A stretch of 64,000 nt of DNA from the human T2T-CHM13v2.0 reference genome, Homo sapiens. A model generated the notes under the pieces. It ran no database searches, was not told the DNA's origin, and saw only the letters and a program-made list of their open reading frames with translations. Shown piece by piece: positions 29,379-40,925 of this stretch. Position 1 is the stretch's first letter, and each line of letters opens with the position of its first letter. Location: the NCBI RefSeq assembly GCF_009914755.1, contig NC_060925.1; one strand, 5' to 3'. The position numbers were made by a program, and so were the translations under genes.

Positions 29379-29569
29379 ATGTCCATAAATGAGAATAAAT
29401 AGATGTAAAATAGATCTTTTCGAGGATGAAATAAAAGGAATGAAAAACAAAACCCAAGCTGACCAGAAATCATAGAGGGAAGAAAAGGATATAAATATAT
29501 GGATTTTTCAAAGTGATTTTAAGCTATTAGGAATCAGTTAAATGTTGGGGGAATTTGTCTGAGAATGGG

Positions 29570-30109
29570 CTAAAGGAGAATATCCCTTTTGCCTTCTGAA
29601 GTTTCCCTGAAAATCACTAATAGGAGGCAGATAAATAGTAGAAAAGGCATACAGGTTTCTGCAATGTGTGTACACTGGAACACTTGGAACGAAGACCCAG
29701 TCACACGATGCGTGCAGAAGCTTATCTACCACATGAAGTTTACAGAAAATCGGGAACTTGGATCACAGGGAAAAGAAAGAAAAAGGTTATGTGAGAAAAC
29801 GAACCTGGCTAGCATCAGTGGACTTATTACATAGGTGGAACCTCACTGGGAGTAGTCCTCAGAGAGAATGGACAGAAAAGGTTTCTTTCAGACCTTTGGA
29901 GACCTCAGCCTCTCAGTTAACCTTTCCTAGATCCAGACTAGGGGGCAGACCTCAGAGAAAACCTGGCTGCATCAGGGCATATTCTCTACCGATGCAAATC
30001 TCCCCAAGACAGCTTTGCAGATAACATTGCATTTCCAGCCCTTCTCAATAGCCATTTTGAAATATATGAAGGAAATATATTTAGGGGTAAAATATATTAG
30101 TTTCCTTCA
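29570..30109 (-). mobile_element. MER39/MER34-family ERV1 solo LTR
   Basis: aggcagataaatagtagaaaaggcataca...gatgcaaatctccccaagacagctttgcag...gccattttgaaatatatgaaggaaatatatttaggggtaaaatatattagtttccttca. Same family motifs as the 26.8-27.7 kb LTR. Confidence 0.7.
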
Positions 30110-30149
30110 TACAGCTATAAAACATACAGGAATAATTTTTGTCAATGTC

Positions 30150-31680
30150 TACTACAAATCCAACCAGCAGTAACTATGAAACCCACCAGATATTGATGAA
30201 AAAATATGTAGAGTACCTCAATTACAAATGTTGATACTAAAATGCCAAATAAAATACAAATAATATCCAACAATATTTGAAACAGTAAGACAAGAAATTG
30301 GCAAAAAAAAAATAAATAAAACAAATATCCACCTTGGGGATGAAAGTGTGTTTCCAAATTTGGTAATCCAGTAATATTAATAATCATATTGATTAGCCCA
30401 AATTAAAAATAAATAGGGGATTCTCAGTACATGCTAAAATATATCTGTTAAAAGGCAATATTCATGTCTTTAAAGATTTTAAATGCTATAAAGAGTCTGA
30501 TATTCTATATGCAAACATCTGTATGTCCATTAGAAGAAGAGAGGCCTGATTTTTATATGTTACTACATAGGGATAGAGAAGTGGATACATTAATTTGCAT
30601 ATGCATAGAGAAAGCATAACATAGAAATTGACTATCATATTAAAGGAATTTTAATTCAACAATAAAATAATTCAAAGGTAAAATTTTAAATATTTTTATC
30701 AGGTACATTATTAGTATTAGAAAATATTTATAATAATTGTGAAAATATTCAGCGCTAAAATAAGATACAATGTCTAAACATCAGTATTAAAACTAGTAGA
30801 AATATTTCTTTGTTTATACAAGGAAAATTCAAGCTCGACCTAAAATTATATGGGAAATAAAAGAAAAATATTAAGGGAGCTCTTTAATGACATAAACATA
30901 TATATATAAACACACACATATAACATGTATATATGTTATATGGGATAGATATATATTTAACAGGTTATATCTATATTTGTATCTGTTACTACAGCTGTAT
31001 GTATCCACATTTCTATATATTTACTCAGTGATACAAATATACACTGGAATAAATATAAAGACACATATGATTCTTGGATAAAAAGGATTTAGTATCATAA
31101 AGACAAATTCTTTCCAAATTCACTTATGAATTCACAACAATATACAGTTTCATTAGTATAATTTAATATTTCTAAATAAATTCCAAGATTCATTTAAAGG
31201 GATATACATGTATACAAGCAGTCAAGAAAGAAGCAAGAGGGCACTAAACTAACTTGCTATTAAAATACATTTTTAAACGTAGTCAGTAAAACTGAGCAGT
31301 ACTGATTTGGAGTACTGGAAGTTAGGTGTATGGGATCTCAAAAGCACAGAGCTCAAAGGAGACCTCTGTATGCACGAGAGCTTAGGATGTGCTTTAGAAG
31401 GCATTACCAAACCTCGGGCAAAGTTCCTTTAGTGTCTTAGTCTTACTAGGTTTGAAAAGCCAGAGAAAAGACTCAAGACCACCATATAAGAGCAAAACAA
31501 AAAGACAGGGAGAGAATGTGAAGATACAGAAACATTTTACATAAGGTTGCATAAAACATCTTCTAAAGAAAATATAAAGTTTAGGATATACATCAAAATC
31601 AGCAGAGCCACTAAATAAATAAATAGGCATTGTAAAATAACAAGAGAAAATTTAAAAGGATTTCTAAAAAATATTGACAC
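30150..31680 (+). mobile_element. Ancient L1M(E) ORF2 fragments
   Basis: Degraded sense L1 motifs (atgttgatactaaaatgccaaataaaata; atatgattcttggataaaaaggatttagtatcataaagacaaattctttccaaatt). Confidence 0.5.
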
Positions 31681-32029
31681 CTATGATTTTTAAAATATGT
31701 TTAAGAAATCCCATATTTCACAGGGCAGCCTTTCACCACACAGATATGTTAGGACATAAAGGTCCTTCTGTTTTTAATTTACTGGTGTTTATAGGGTTAC
31801 AAATGTCTTCTACCCTTGTCTTGTGTCTGATGGTGCAAAAAATTTTCATAAGCATGTATTTCTGAATGCCTGATGGATTGACATATATAATATGCTGCTA
31901 GTATTAAAATATGAGACGGAAAACGCATCCAATCTTCTCACTGTTTACATAAATCCTACGTTTCTCCTATTTACCTCAAGCACGCATGGAGCGAATTCTT
32001 ACCTTTTAATATTGCCATGGCATTCACAT

Positions 32030-33179
32030 TGAACATAAGTTGAACTCTCTCATATGGTAGCTGGGTTCGGATTCTCTTGACAATTTCCAGTTCTAACCCT
32101 CACAGTTCCTCAGTGTGGTTGGCCCAGATATTGACCCTACACAGTTGTCTCCTCATGGTGACTACCAGCTATGGAACCGTTGGATTCAACCTACCTGAAT
32201 CACCCCACAGACCTCACAGCACACATGGACAGCCCCCACACGCCACAGTAACCTGCTCGGTTGCAGCGGGAGTCAAGAAATATGCCTTCTGGCACTCACC
32301 CCACCGACTAGTGCCCCGTGGAAAACTTATTTGGGTAATGTTCTGGGCCAAATAATGGCTGGAGTCCCACAGACCACTTTTCTCTCTCCTGCTCCCCACT
32401 CATCTTCCCCATTTTGTTTAGCCCTATGAGGTGTGCTACTGTATTAGTCCATTTTCACACCGCTGGTAAAGACATGCCCACCACTGGGTAATTTCCAGAA
32501 GAAAGAGGTTTAATAGATGCACAGTTCCACATGGCTGGGTAGGCCTCACAATCATGGCGCAAGCTGAAAGGCACGTCTCACATGGCAGCAGACAAGACAA
32601 GAGAGCTTGTGCAGGGAAACTCCCCTTTATAAAACCATCAGATCTTGTGAGACTTATTCACTATCAGAAGAACAGCATGGGAAAGACCTGCCCCCATGAC
32701 TCAATTACCTCCCACCTGTTCCCTCCCACAACATGTGGGAAATGAAGATGAGATTTGGCTGGGGACACAGCTAAACCCTCTTCTCAGCTACCCTCTTCTC
32801 TCTGGATCTGTGAGTAATAAACCTAATTCTGTGATTTCCCATGTTTGCTTCTGTGGCCTCTATGTGTCTGAGCTGACCTACACTGGAACCTAACTCTCCT
32901 CCTAGCCAGGGTCTCTGAGAGTGGTACTTGTCAGAAATACACAGGACACAGGTCAGTCAACAGTCACCAGGCATCTCCTAGTCTCAACAGATGTTCTGTG
33001 AGAGGGAGGCCTGGTCGTGGGATGCACACCTGGCCACCGCTGGGGTAAGGAAGTGTCCTGTGAAAGGCAGATATTAAGCATCCACAACTCCCTGACCAGA
33101 ACCCCAGAAAGGCAGGGCTCCAATTGACAGTCACTCTCCAGAGACAAACCTCAAGCCCTAACTGGAGGAAAAGAAAACA
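32030..33179 (+). mobile_element. MER54/MER73/74-like ERVL LTR hosting a THE1 insertion
   Basis: ggatctgtgagtaataaacc poly(A)-signal region and terminus cactctccagagacaaacctcaagccctaactggaggaaaagaaaaca. Sequence is continuous across the THE1 TSD. Confidence 0.55.
32440..32786 (-). mobile_element. THE1A/B MaLR solo LTR
   Basis: tgtattagtccattttcacaccgctg...cagttccacatggctggg...aaaaccatcagatcttgtgagacttattcactatc...gagatttggctggggacacag. 5-bp TSD GCTAC (32435-32439, 32787-32791). Confidence 0.93.
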
Positions 33180-34338
33180 ATGTAAAATTTGAATTTATCT
33201 TACTATTTTAATGATCCAGTAAAGACATTCTATGCCTGTACACCACATATTTTCTTCGATTGTGAATTTATTTTAGATAGAATTTTAGGTCTGGCTTTCA
33301 CTTTAGCCTGGTCCCTACCTCAAGCATAAGGTAAAGATTTTCCATGAGTTCTTTTCTGGTACTACTACCTGCCAGTGTGGGGTCATGTCCTAGTCTATCT
33401 TGAGGGAATCCCCCTGTTCATTATTGTCAGAGTGAGACTGTTAAGTCTTGATTTCCCTGGACAACTTCACTGCATGACTTTTAATATGATTTTTAATATA
33501 CCCTTTACTGGACAATAAATACTATAGTTATCTGAGTAAGAGATATAGTCAGGAAGAGGCATTGCCTCATTCAGCTTTTCTCTTTGGTGAACTCGCATAT
33601 GTTCTCCTCACCCGCCAGTCACCTCTAAACCGTATTGTTCCAAGACAACAAACAGAACTCGAGTGTGTATCTTTCACCACGGGATTTGTGTTTGCTCCAT
33701 AAAGCTTCATGTTTAACAGGGTTTCTGTTAGCATTTTCTCTATTTATTTTCGCATAAAATATCACAGGCCTCCTTCCTATGGAATTATGGGAGATTTCCT
33801 TCAATCTGCATCATATCAAGTTGAGGTTCATGTTGATGAAAAGTAAAACATACGCTGAAAATTTCAGTAAGGATGTTTTCCCCTCTTTTTAGCACCTGTG
33901 ATTGTGATACAAGCACATTTTAATACAATTGTAGTCTCATGCTTTGATCATTCCTATGATGAAAATAACATTTTTAGATAAAATATCTGAGTTTTATGAG
34001 GCCTTTAGTATGTGATGTGATAGAATATCAGAAGACCATACTTTTTTCTAGTTTTCCGTGCAATTCTATCATTGTTTCATCTTTACTCCTACCAGAGTAA
34101 TTTTCCAAAATAGATATCTTGTCATTCTTCCTGTTGTTATCAGTAAATAAGTGAAATGAAAAGCTAGATTATACAGTTTATCTAGAACAAGAAAGTAGAA
34201 TTGAATCTATATTCATTAATGAGACTAACCAGTCAATTACACAGACAGGCATTTTATATTTTGAAGATCATATGGACCCATTGTCAGAAATATTATTACT
34301 TATGTCTATATGGACATCACCTGTGCATATTTACATAG

Positions 34339-34663
<325 letters not shown>

Positions 34664-35642
34664 GGAAGATGATTTTTAAAATACTGAGATCATATAGATG
34701 ACAGCACCTGAAAAATAGACAACTCCAAGCTTTATGTTAAAAGGTGTGAGGGTATAAATATTGTTGTGGCTACTGGGGAGGAAAACATTAGTAAAACCAG
34801 TAAGTTAAAGCTCTTGCTTTAAACTTTGCCTATAATTTAGCAAATGTTCTATGGAGTGACAATATGCATGTAACCATGCTATGCCCATTCACAGATGCAG
34901 TAGAGGGAAGAATTTCTCAAAGACAACTGTTCTAAGACTCAAATTAAACCGTCCTGGGTTTGAAAAGAGAAAGTCCAGGAATTACCAAATATTTTAGATA
35001 TCAGATACAAGAGAATGCCAGGTATGCGATGATAATCAGCAATGGTTGTTCACACAATACATCAAATCAGTATTTGAATTAGCTTTTGAATTACAAGGAC
35101 AAATGGATCAAGTCTAGACTCTTTAGTAGATAAATCTTATTAGGCTGAGATGTGTTTTCCCCTGTTTTTCCACAAGGAGATTACCAATTTGCAAACCTCA
35201 GCTGCACTCATTTTATGCTCTCACGAAGCCAAAAGCTGAAGTTCATCAATCAGTGTGTCTAAGTGTTCACTGGTTATATACCATTTTGTAGTTTCAGCTA
35301 TCTTTCCAACTTCCTACATCATCACCTTCATTTGATCTTGTTTTTTTCACTATCACTTCTTTATTGACGATATAAATAATGTAAGTTCTTATTTTGTTAT
35401 TGTTCATTTTAGTCTAATTTCATCAAAAGATCACAATCTTTTAATTTCATTTTAATTTCAAAGATTAAATGAAACCTACATAGAAATGAGTGTAAGATTT
35501 GCATTTGCATTATTTTGGCATCAATTTGCTATCCTCCCTCATGCACATAGAGATCATTTCCATGTACGTGCTTTCAAACATCCAAGTGCAGTATTAAAAG
35601 CAGTTGTAGATTATGGTTCTCATTTTCATGATACAATTACAA

Positions 35643-36458
<816 letters not shown>

Positions 36459-36546
36459 CAGACATAATCTATTTACCTGCAGATTAAAGAGTTCTATATT
36501 TTTCTGTCTCCCTCTCTTAATTTTTTTAAATAATATTAATTGTAGT

Positions 36547-36708
36547 AAAGAGAAAGAAAGAAAAGAAATCAAAGAAAAAGAAGGAAGGAAAGAAGGAAGG
36601 AAGGGAATAAAGGAAGAAAGAAGAAAGAAAAGGAGGAAATGAGGGAAGGAAGGGAGGGAGGGAGGAATGGAGAAAGGCAGGAAGGGAGAAAACAGAAAAC
36701 ATGAACAC

Positions 36709-36752
<44 letters not shown>

Positions 36753-37202
36753 GAAAGAAAGAAAGAGAAAGAAAGAGAGAAAGGAAGAAAGGAGGAAGGG
36801 AGGAAGGAAAGGAGGAAGAGAGAATGGTAAAAGGGAGGAAGGCAAAGAAAGAAAGAAAATAAACAGGCGAAGGAAGGAAAGAAAAAGAGGAAAGGAAGGG
36901 AGGGAGGAAGGAAGAAATGGAGGGCGGGAGGAGGGACGAAAAAAGGAAAGAAAGCAAGAACGTGAGAAAGAAAGAATATGAGAAAAGAAGGAAGAAAAGG
37001 GAGGGAGAAAGGAAGGGAGGGATTAGGGAAGGAAGAATAAGAGGAAAGAAACAAAGAAGAAAAGAAGGAAGGAATGAGAAAAAAGAAAGGAAAGAAGGGA
37101 AAAGAAAAAACAAAAGAAAAGGAAGAGGAAAAGAAGAAAGGAAGGAAGAAGACAAGGGAAGGGAAGAGAAGAGAAAGGAAGATAGAAAGAAGTAAGGAAG
37201 AA
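36547..37202. repeat. GA-rich polypurine tract including (GAAA)10
   Basis: About 650 bp of almost pure purine. Perfect GAAA repeat at 36711-36750. Confidence 0.95.
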
Positions 37203-37264
37203 CGCAAATGTTATAAATTCTGGGTTTGTTAGAGAATATGCCATACTGTTTTTTTTTTTTTTTC

Positions 37265-38100
37265 ACTTGAAAGGAAAGATTATCTGCCATTGAAGATAGG
37301 ATGTCTTGTTGGTGATACTGTTGTTCTTAACTTCCACATGATTACTGAGTTTGTGCCGAGTCTTTCCATTACTAAGACAAAAGTGTTGAAGTCTGCAAAC
37401 ATAATTTTGATTTTTTCTAGTTCACCTTTGATTTCTTTCCTGTTTTACCTCATGTATTTGGAGATTCTGTTGTTATCTGCATACCCTAATTAGTAGGATG
37501 TTTACATCTTCTTGAGAATTGATGATTCTATTATCTATTATCTCTCATCTGTGATACTATTTCTTGTTCCGAACTCTGTTGTGGCTAATATCAATGTAGT
37601 CCTTCCACAGCCTTATTTTAGTGTTTCCATGATATGGCTTTCTCCATATCTTGATGATAACCTATTTATAACTCATATATTTGGAGCAAGATATAAAATT
37701 TAGACTTGACTTTTTAAAGATTTTTCAAGATGTAATTCTTATTCCTTTTTGTTCTATTTGACATTCTCTGAGTTTCCTATATTTGAAGTTTGATATTCTG
37801 TCACTTCTTTTAGAATATTTTTGGCAGTTATTTTGAAAAATATTTCTTTTGCTCCATTATTTTTCCCTCTTTTCTTTTTGGGATTTCATTCATAACTAGA
37901 ATAGGTAATTTCATCTCAGTCTTATGCAGGTACTTTTTCTCAGGGTCTCAGGAATGTAGCTTTCTCACAGTTCTGTTCTTTTCCTGGCTGTGTTGGTGAG
38001 CTCAGTGATATTCCTCCGTCACCTTCAAGAGCAGTTTTGTTTTGTTTTTCTTGTTTTCATACTCCCAGCATCAGGAGTATTCTAAGTGTGGCAGTTTTTG
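37265..38100 (-). mobile_element. Ancient L1M fragment(s), antisense
   Basis: agtgttgaagtctgcaaacataatt...catgtatttggagattctgttgttatctgcatac...catcttcttgagaattgatg, from the ORF2 endonuclease region. Confidence 0.6.
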
Positions 38101-38124
38101 TTGCCTTCCCCTACATATTATGTG

Positions 38125-38405
38125 GAATATCTTGCTCTATTTGGACTCTTAAAACAAAATAACATAAACTGAGTGACTAAAAAGCAACAGATTTTTTTTT
38201 CACACTTCTTGAGGCTGTAAGATCTCAGGTCAAGATGCTCACAAATTCAGTGTTGATGAGAGCCCATTTCATGGTTCATAGATGGTGCCTGCTTTCTATG
38301 TCCTCACATAGTGGAAGGCACATAAGAACTCCATTGAGCTTCTTTTATAAATACACTAATCCCATTCATAAGGGCTCGGCCCCCAAGACCTAGTCACCCG
38401 CCAAG
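38125..38405 (-). mobile_element. MLT1A-like MaLR LTR fragment
   Basis: aacaaaataacataaactgagtgact...ggttcatagatggtgcc...tgtcctcacatagtggaaggc...cactaatcccattcataagggctc. Confidence 0.75.
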
Positions 38406-38771
38406 TGTTCTGCTCTCCCTGATCTGTGTCATATACAGACTCTCTTGAATTCCTTACCAATTGCTTGAGAGATTGCAGTGGTTTTGTGGGGAAAAAGTTT
38501 TCAAGATGATGGATCTTTCCCAACTTCTGCAGCTGTCAGCGGTCTCCCAATCTCACCAGCCCCACTTTGTCTTTAGGAATTTATTGATTATTCCAGCTTT
38601 ACTTGTCATAGTGGTGTCTATATGCATCTGTCCTATGTAAGTGCGTCTGTCCTTTTTCTCCTTGCAGGTGCAAATACTCAGGAGTACAGAGTTGTTACTA
38701 ATTACTCAGTATAGGTTGGTACATTGTCTAAGATCAAATAACATTTTTAAAGATAAAAATTCTTGGAGGTT

Positions 38772-39390
38772 GTGTAATGAAGGGTTAATTCTGCAGACAT
38801 GGCTTTCCAAAACCTTGCGCTTTCCAAAGGTCTTCAGGACTGGCCCTTGACAAGCCCCTGGGAGATGATAACCTATGATCCCTTAGTATATGTTGCCTGA
38901 TGAGAGTCTTTGTATACCTGAAAACGTAGGTCATATCAAATAGCTGATGCCAACAACGTGATTTCTTGTGATCACCTGTTTCTGTATGCCTATGTCTTTG
39001 TGTAATGCCATATTAATATGACCTCTCTTAAGGCATAGGGAGGTTGGGAACTGAGTAGCTAAGTTCAGTCACAGGACGCTCGATGCATATGTGGTGGAAT
39101 CCTAATAAAAACCCTGGACTCAAGACTGACTGAGCTTCCCTAGTTGGCAACAAGTTCACACATTTTGTCTCACACCATTGTAAAGAAAATTAGTCAGTGT
39201 GAAGTCCCCACTATGAAAGGACACCGTAAGCTCACATCTGCTTTGTCCTAGACTCAACTTTATGTGCTTTTATGCTTCTGATTATTTTAATCTGGTTTCT
39301 TTCACTGTTAGAGACTATAACCACAAAAAAAAAATCAGCTTTTTGGGTTATGTGAATCATTAAACCAAAGGGGGACTTGGGGACCCCCAA
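38772..39390 (+). mobile_element. MER77/MER21-family LTR
   Basis: tgtaatgaagggttaattctgcag...caggactggcccttgac...cctgatgagagtctttgtatacctg...aataaaaaccctggact...gggggacttggggaccccc. Confidence 0.65.
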
Positions 39391-39449
39391 TAAAATGTAT
39401 ATATATTCTTAAAAAGAAAAAGAAAACTGGCTATAGCAGATATTGCTGA

Positions 39450-39888
39450 TGACTTGTCTTCTATGTCCTGGACTCAATGTGTTCACCTGAAATTCACCTG
39501 TTTCCAGCTAACTGAGAGCTCCCCACATCATGTCTGTCTTTCTGATTTTTGGGCCTGCCTGCAAGCTTCTTGAGGCTAACCAGTGCTTCTCAACCGCACA
39601 TAGGAACAAAGAAGGAGTTAGGGGTGGAGAGTTAATGATTCTAAGGCAATCCTGAAGTAATAAGAGACGGGGATTCCAGCATCCCCATCTCTTTGTAAAG
39701 TTATTTTGACACAATCTCCATACCTCCATCATTACTGAGCACATAGCAGTAACTACTCATTCACACTGGATTCGTGTTCTGTTTCATTTTCTCCACTTCT
39801 GTGCTTTCTCACTCAGTTTCTGATTAAAGTATCTGACCCCAGATATTTGTTTCATAGTCTATTTTGGAGGGAATCCAGAGCCAAGACA
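39450..39888 (+). mobile_element. LTR16-like ERVL LTR
   Basis: gggtggagagttaatg...terminus tgtttcatagtctattttggagggaatccagagccaagaca. Confidence 0.55.
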
Positions 39889-40599
39889 ATAACAATGGGA
39901 GCTTTGCAATGAGGGAGGGTGAGTATAATCATCAGAAGGTTACCTACCTCACTGGGAACATGAAGGCCTGGAGAGCTTGCTGTTTCAATGAGAGAAACAT
40001 GTTGAATCTCAGTTCAATACCTATATATATATATGTGCAATAAGACCTGCCCTTTACTTATGTCAAAGGAAAGTGCTCTTTACCTCTCTTTGTTGTTGTG
40101 TTTTTATCACTATTGCCTACACAAGCAGAATATCATACCCACGATTTAAAGCCCTCTCTGCAGGATTTTCAAGCTCATGTTTTTATCATAAGTCACTCTG
40201 CTTCCATGTGTTTTCAATCTAATCCTCATTCCTCTGCTTTTACACCAGAGAATTCATCACTGACTTATTTTTGACTGACCTCCTTATAGAGCTGTCAAGT
40301 ACACAATTTCTGCTGTGACCTTTCTCTTAGAGTTCAGTCATATAGCCTCTCACTAGATATCATTTCCTCTTATCTTTCCTAATAATGAAATGCCAGTTAA
40401 AACTCAACATTTTTAAGTTTGAGCTTACCATCTGCACACACACACACACCATGATTGGTGTATTCTCATAGCCTTGAAACACTAATGTCACGTTGATGTC
40501 TGCCTTTTCTCTCTCTGCTACCTCATTCCTCATTCTTAGATTATTCTAAAAGATTCAATTAGATCAAATTGGCTAATTATATTTTTAAGATCCTCTCTA

Positions 40600-40870
40600 C
40601 CCTTCCCAACATTTCGTTTAACAAAATTTAAAAATTTCTGGCAGGAGACTGTTGAAATCCCCATGGATGACTATGGTTTTACTATTGTACCTTTCAGTTT
40701 TAATAGGTTTTATATTATGTATTTTGAAGTAATGTTATTGTGTGCATACATATTTCTTATTTACATGACCTCTTGGTGTATTTTCCCCTTTGTCATTTTG
40801 AAAGGTTATTCTTCATCCCCAGTGATATTTCCTGTTTTGATGTCTACTTTGCTCATCACAGTTTTAGGGG
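40600..40870 (-). mobile_element. Ancient L1M ORF2 endonuclease remnant next to the satellite
   Basis: The minus-strand peptide SKVDIKTGNITGDEE (end of ORF 40806-41009) resembles L1 ORF2 SDKxDFKxKxIxRDKEG. Antisense motifs tgttgaaatcccca and atgtattttgaagtaatgttattgtgtgcatacatattt. Confidence 0.65.
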
Positions 40871-40925
40871 GTTTTGGTTTGTTTGATTTTCTATTGTTTG
40901 GTTCAACTAAGTTTCTTATAAATCT

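Noticed and set aside
26765-30109. Two MER34/39-like LTRs as the paired ends of one provirus
   Set aside because: They are too dissimilar to each other, and the DNA between them holds MER20 and another LTR rather than an ERV internal region, so they are independent solo LTRs.
32528-32546. PRDM9 hotspot 13-mer in the THE1 LTR
   Set aside because: The equivalent site reads CCTACCCAGCCAT on the minus strand and fails CCNCCNTNNCCNC at three positions.
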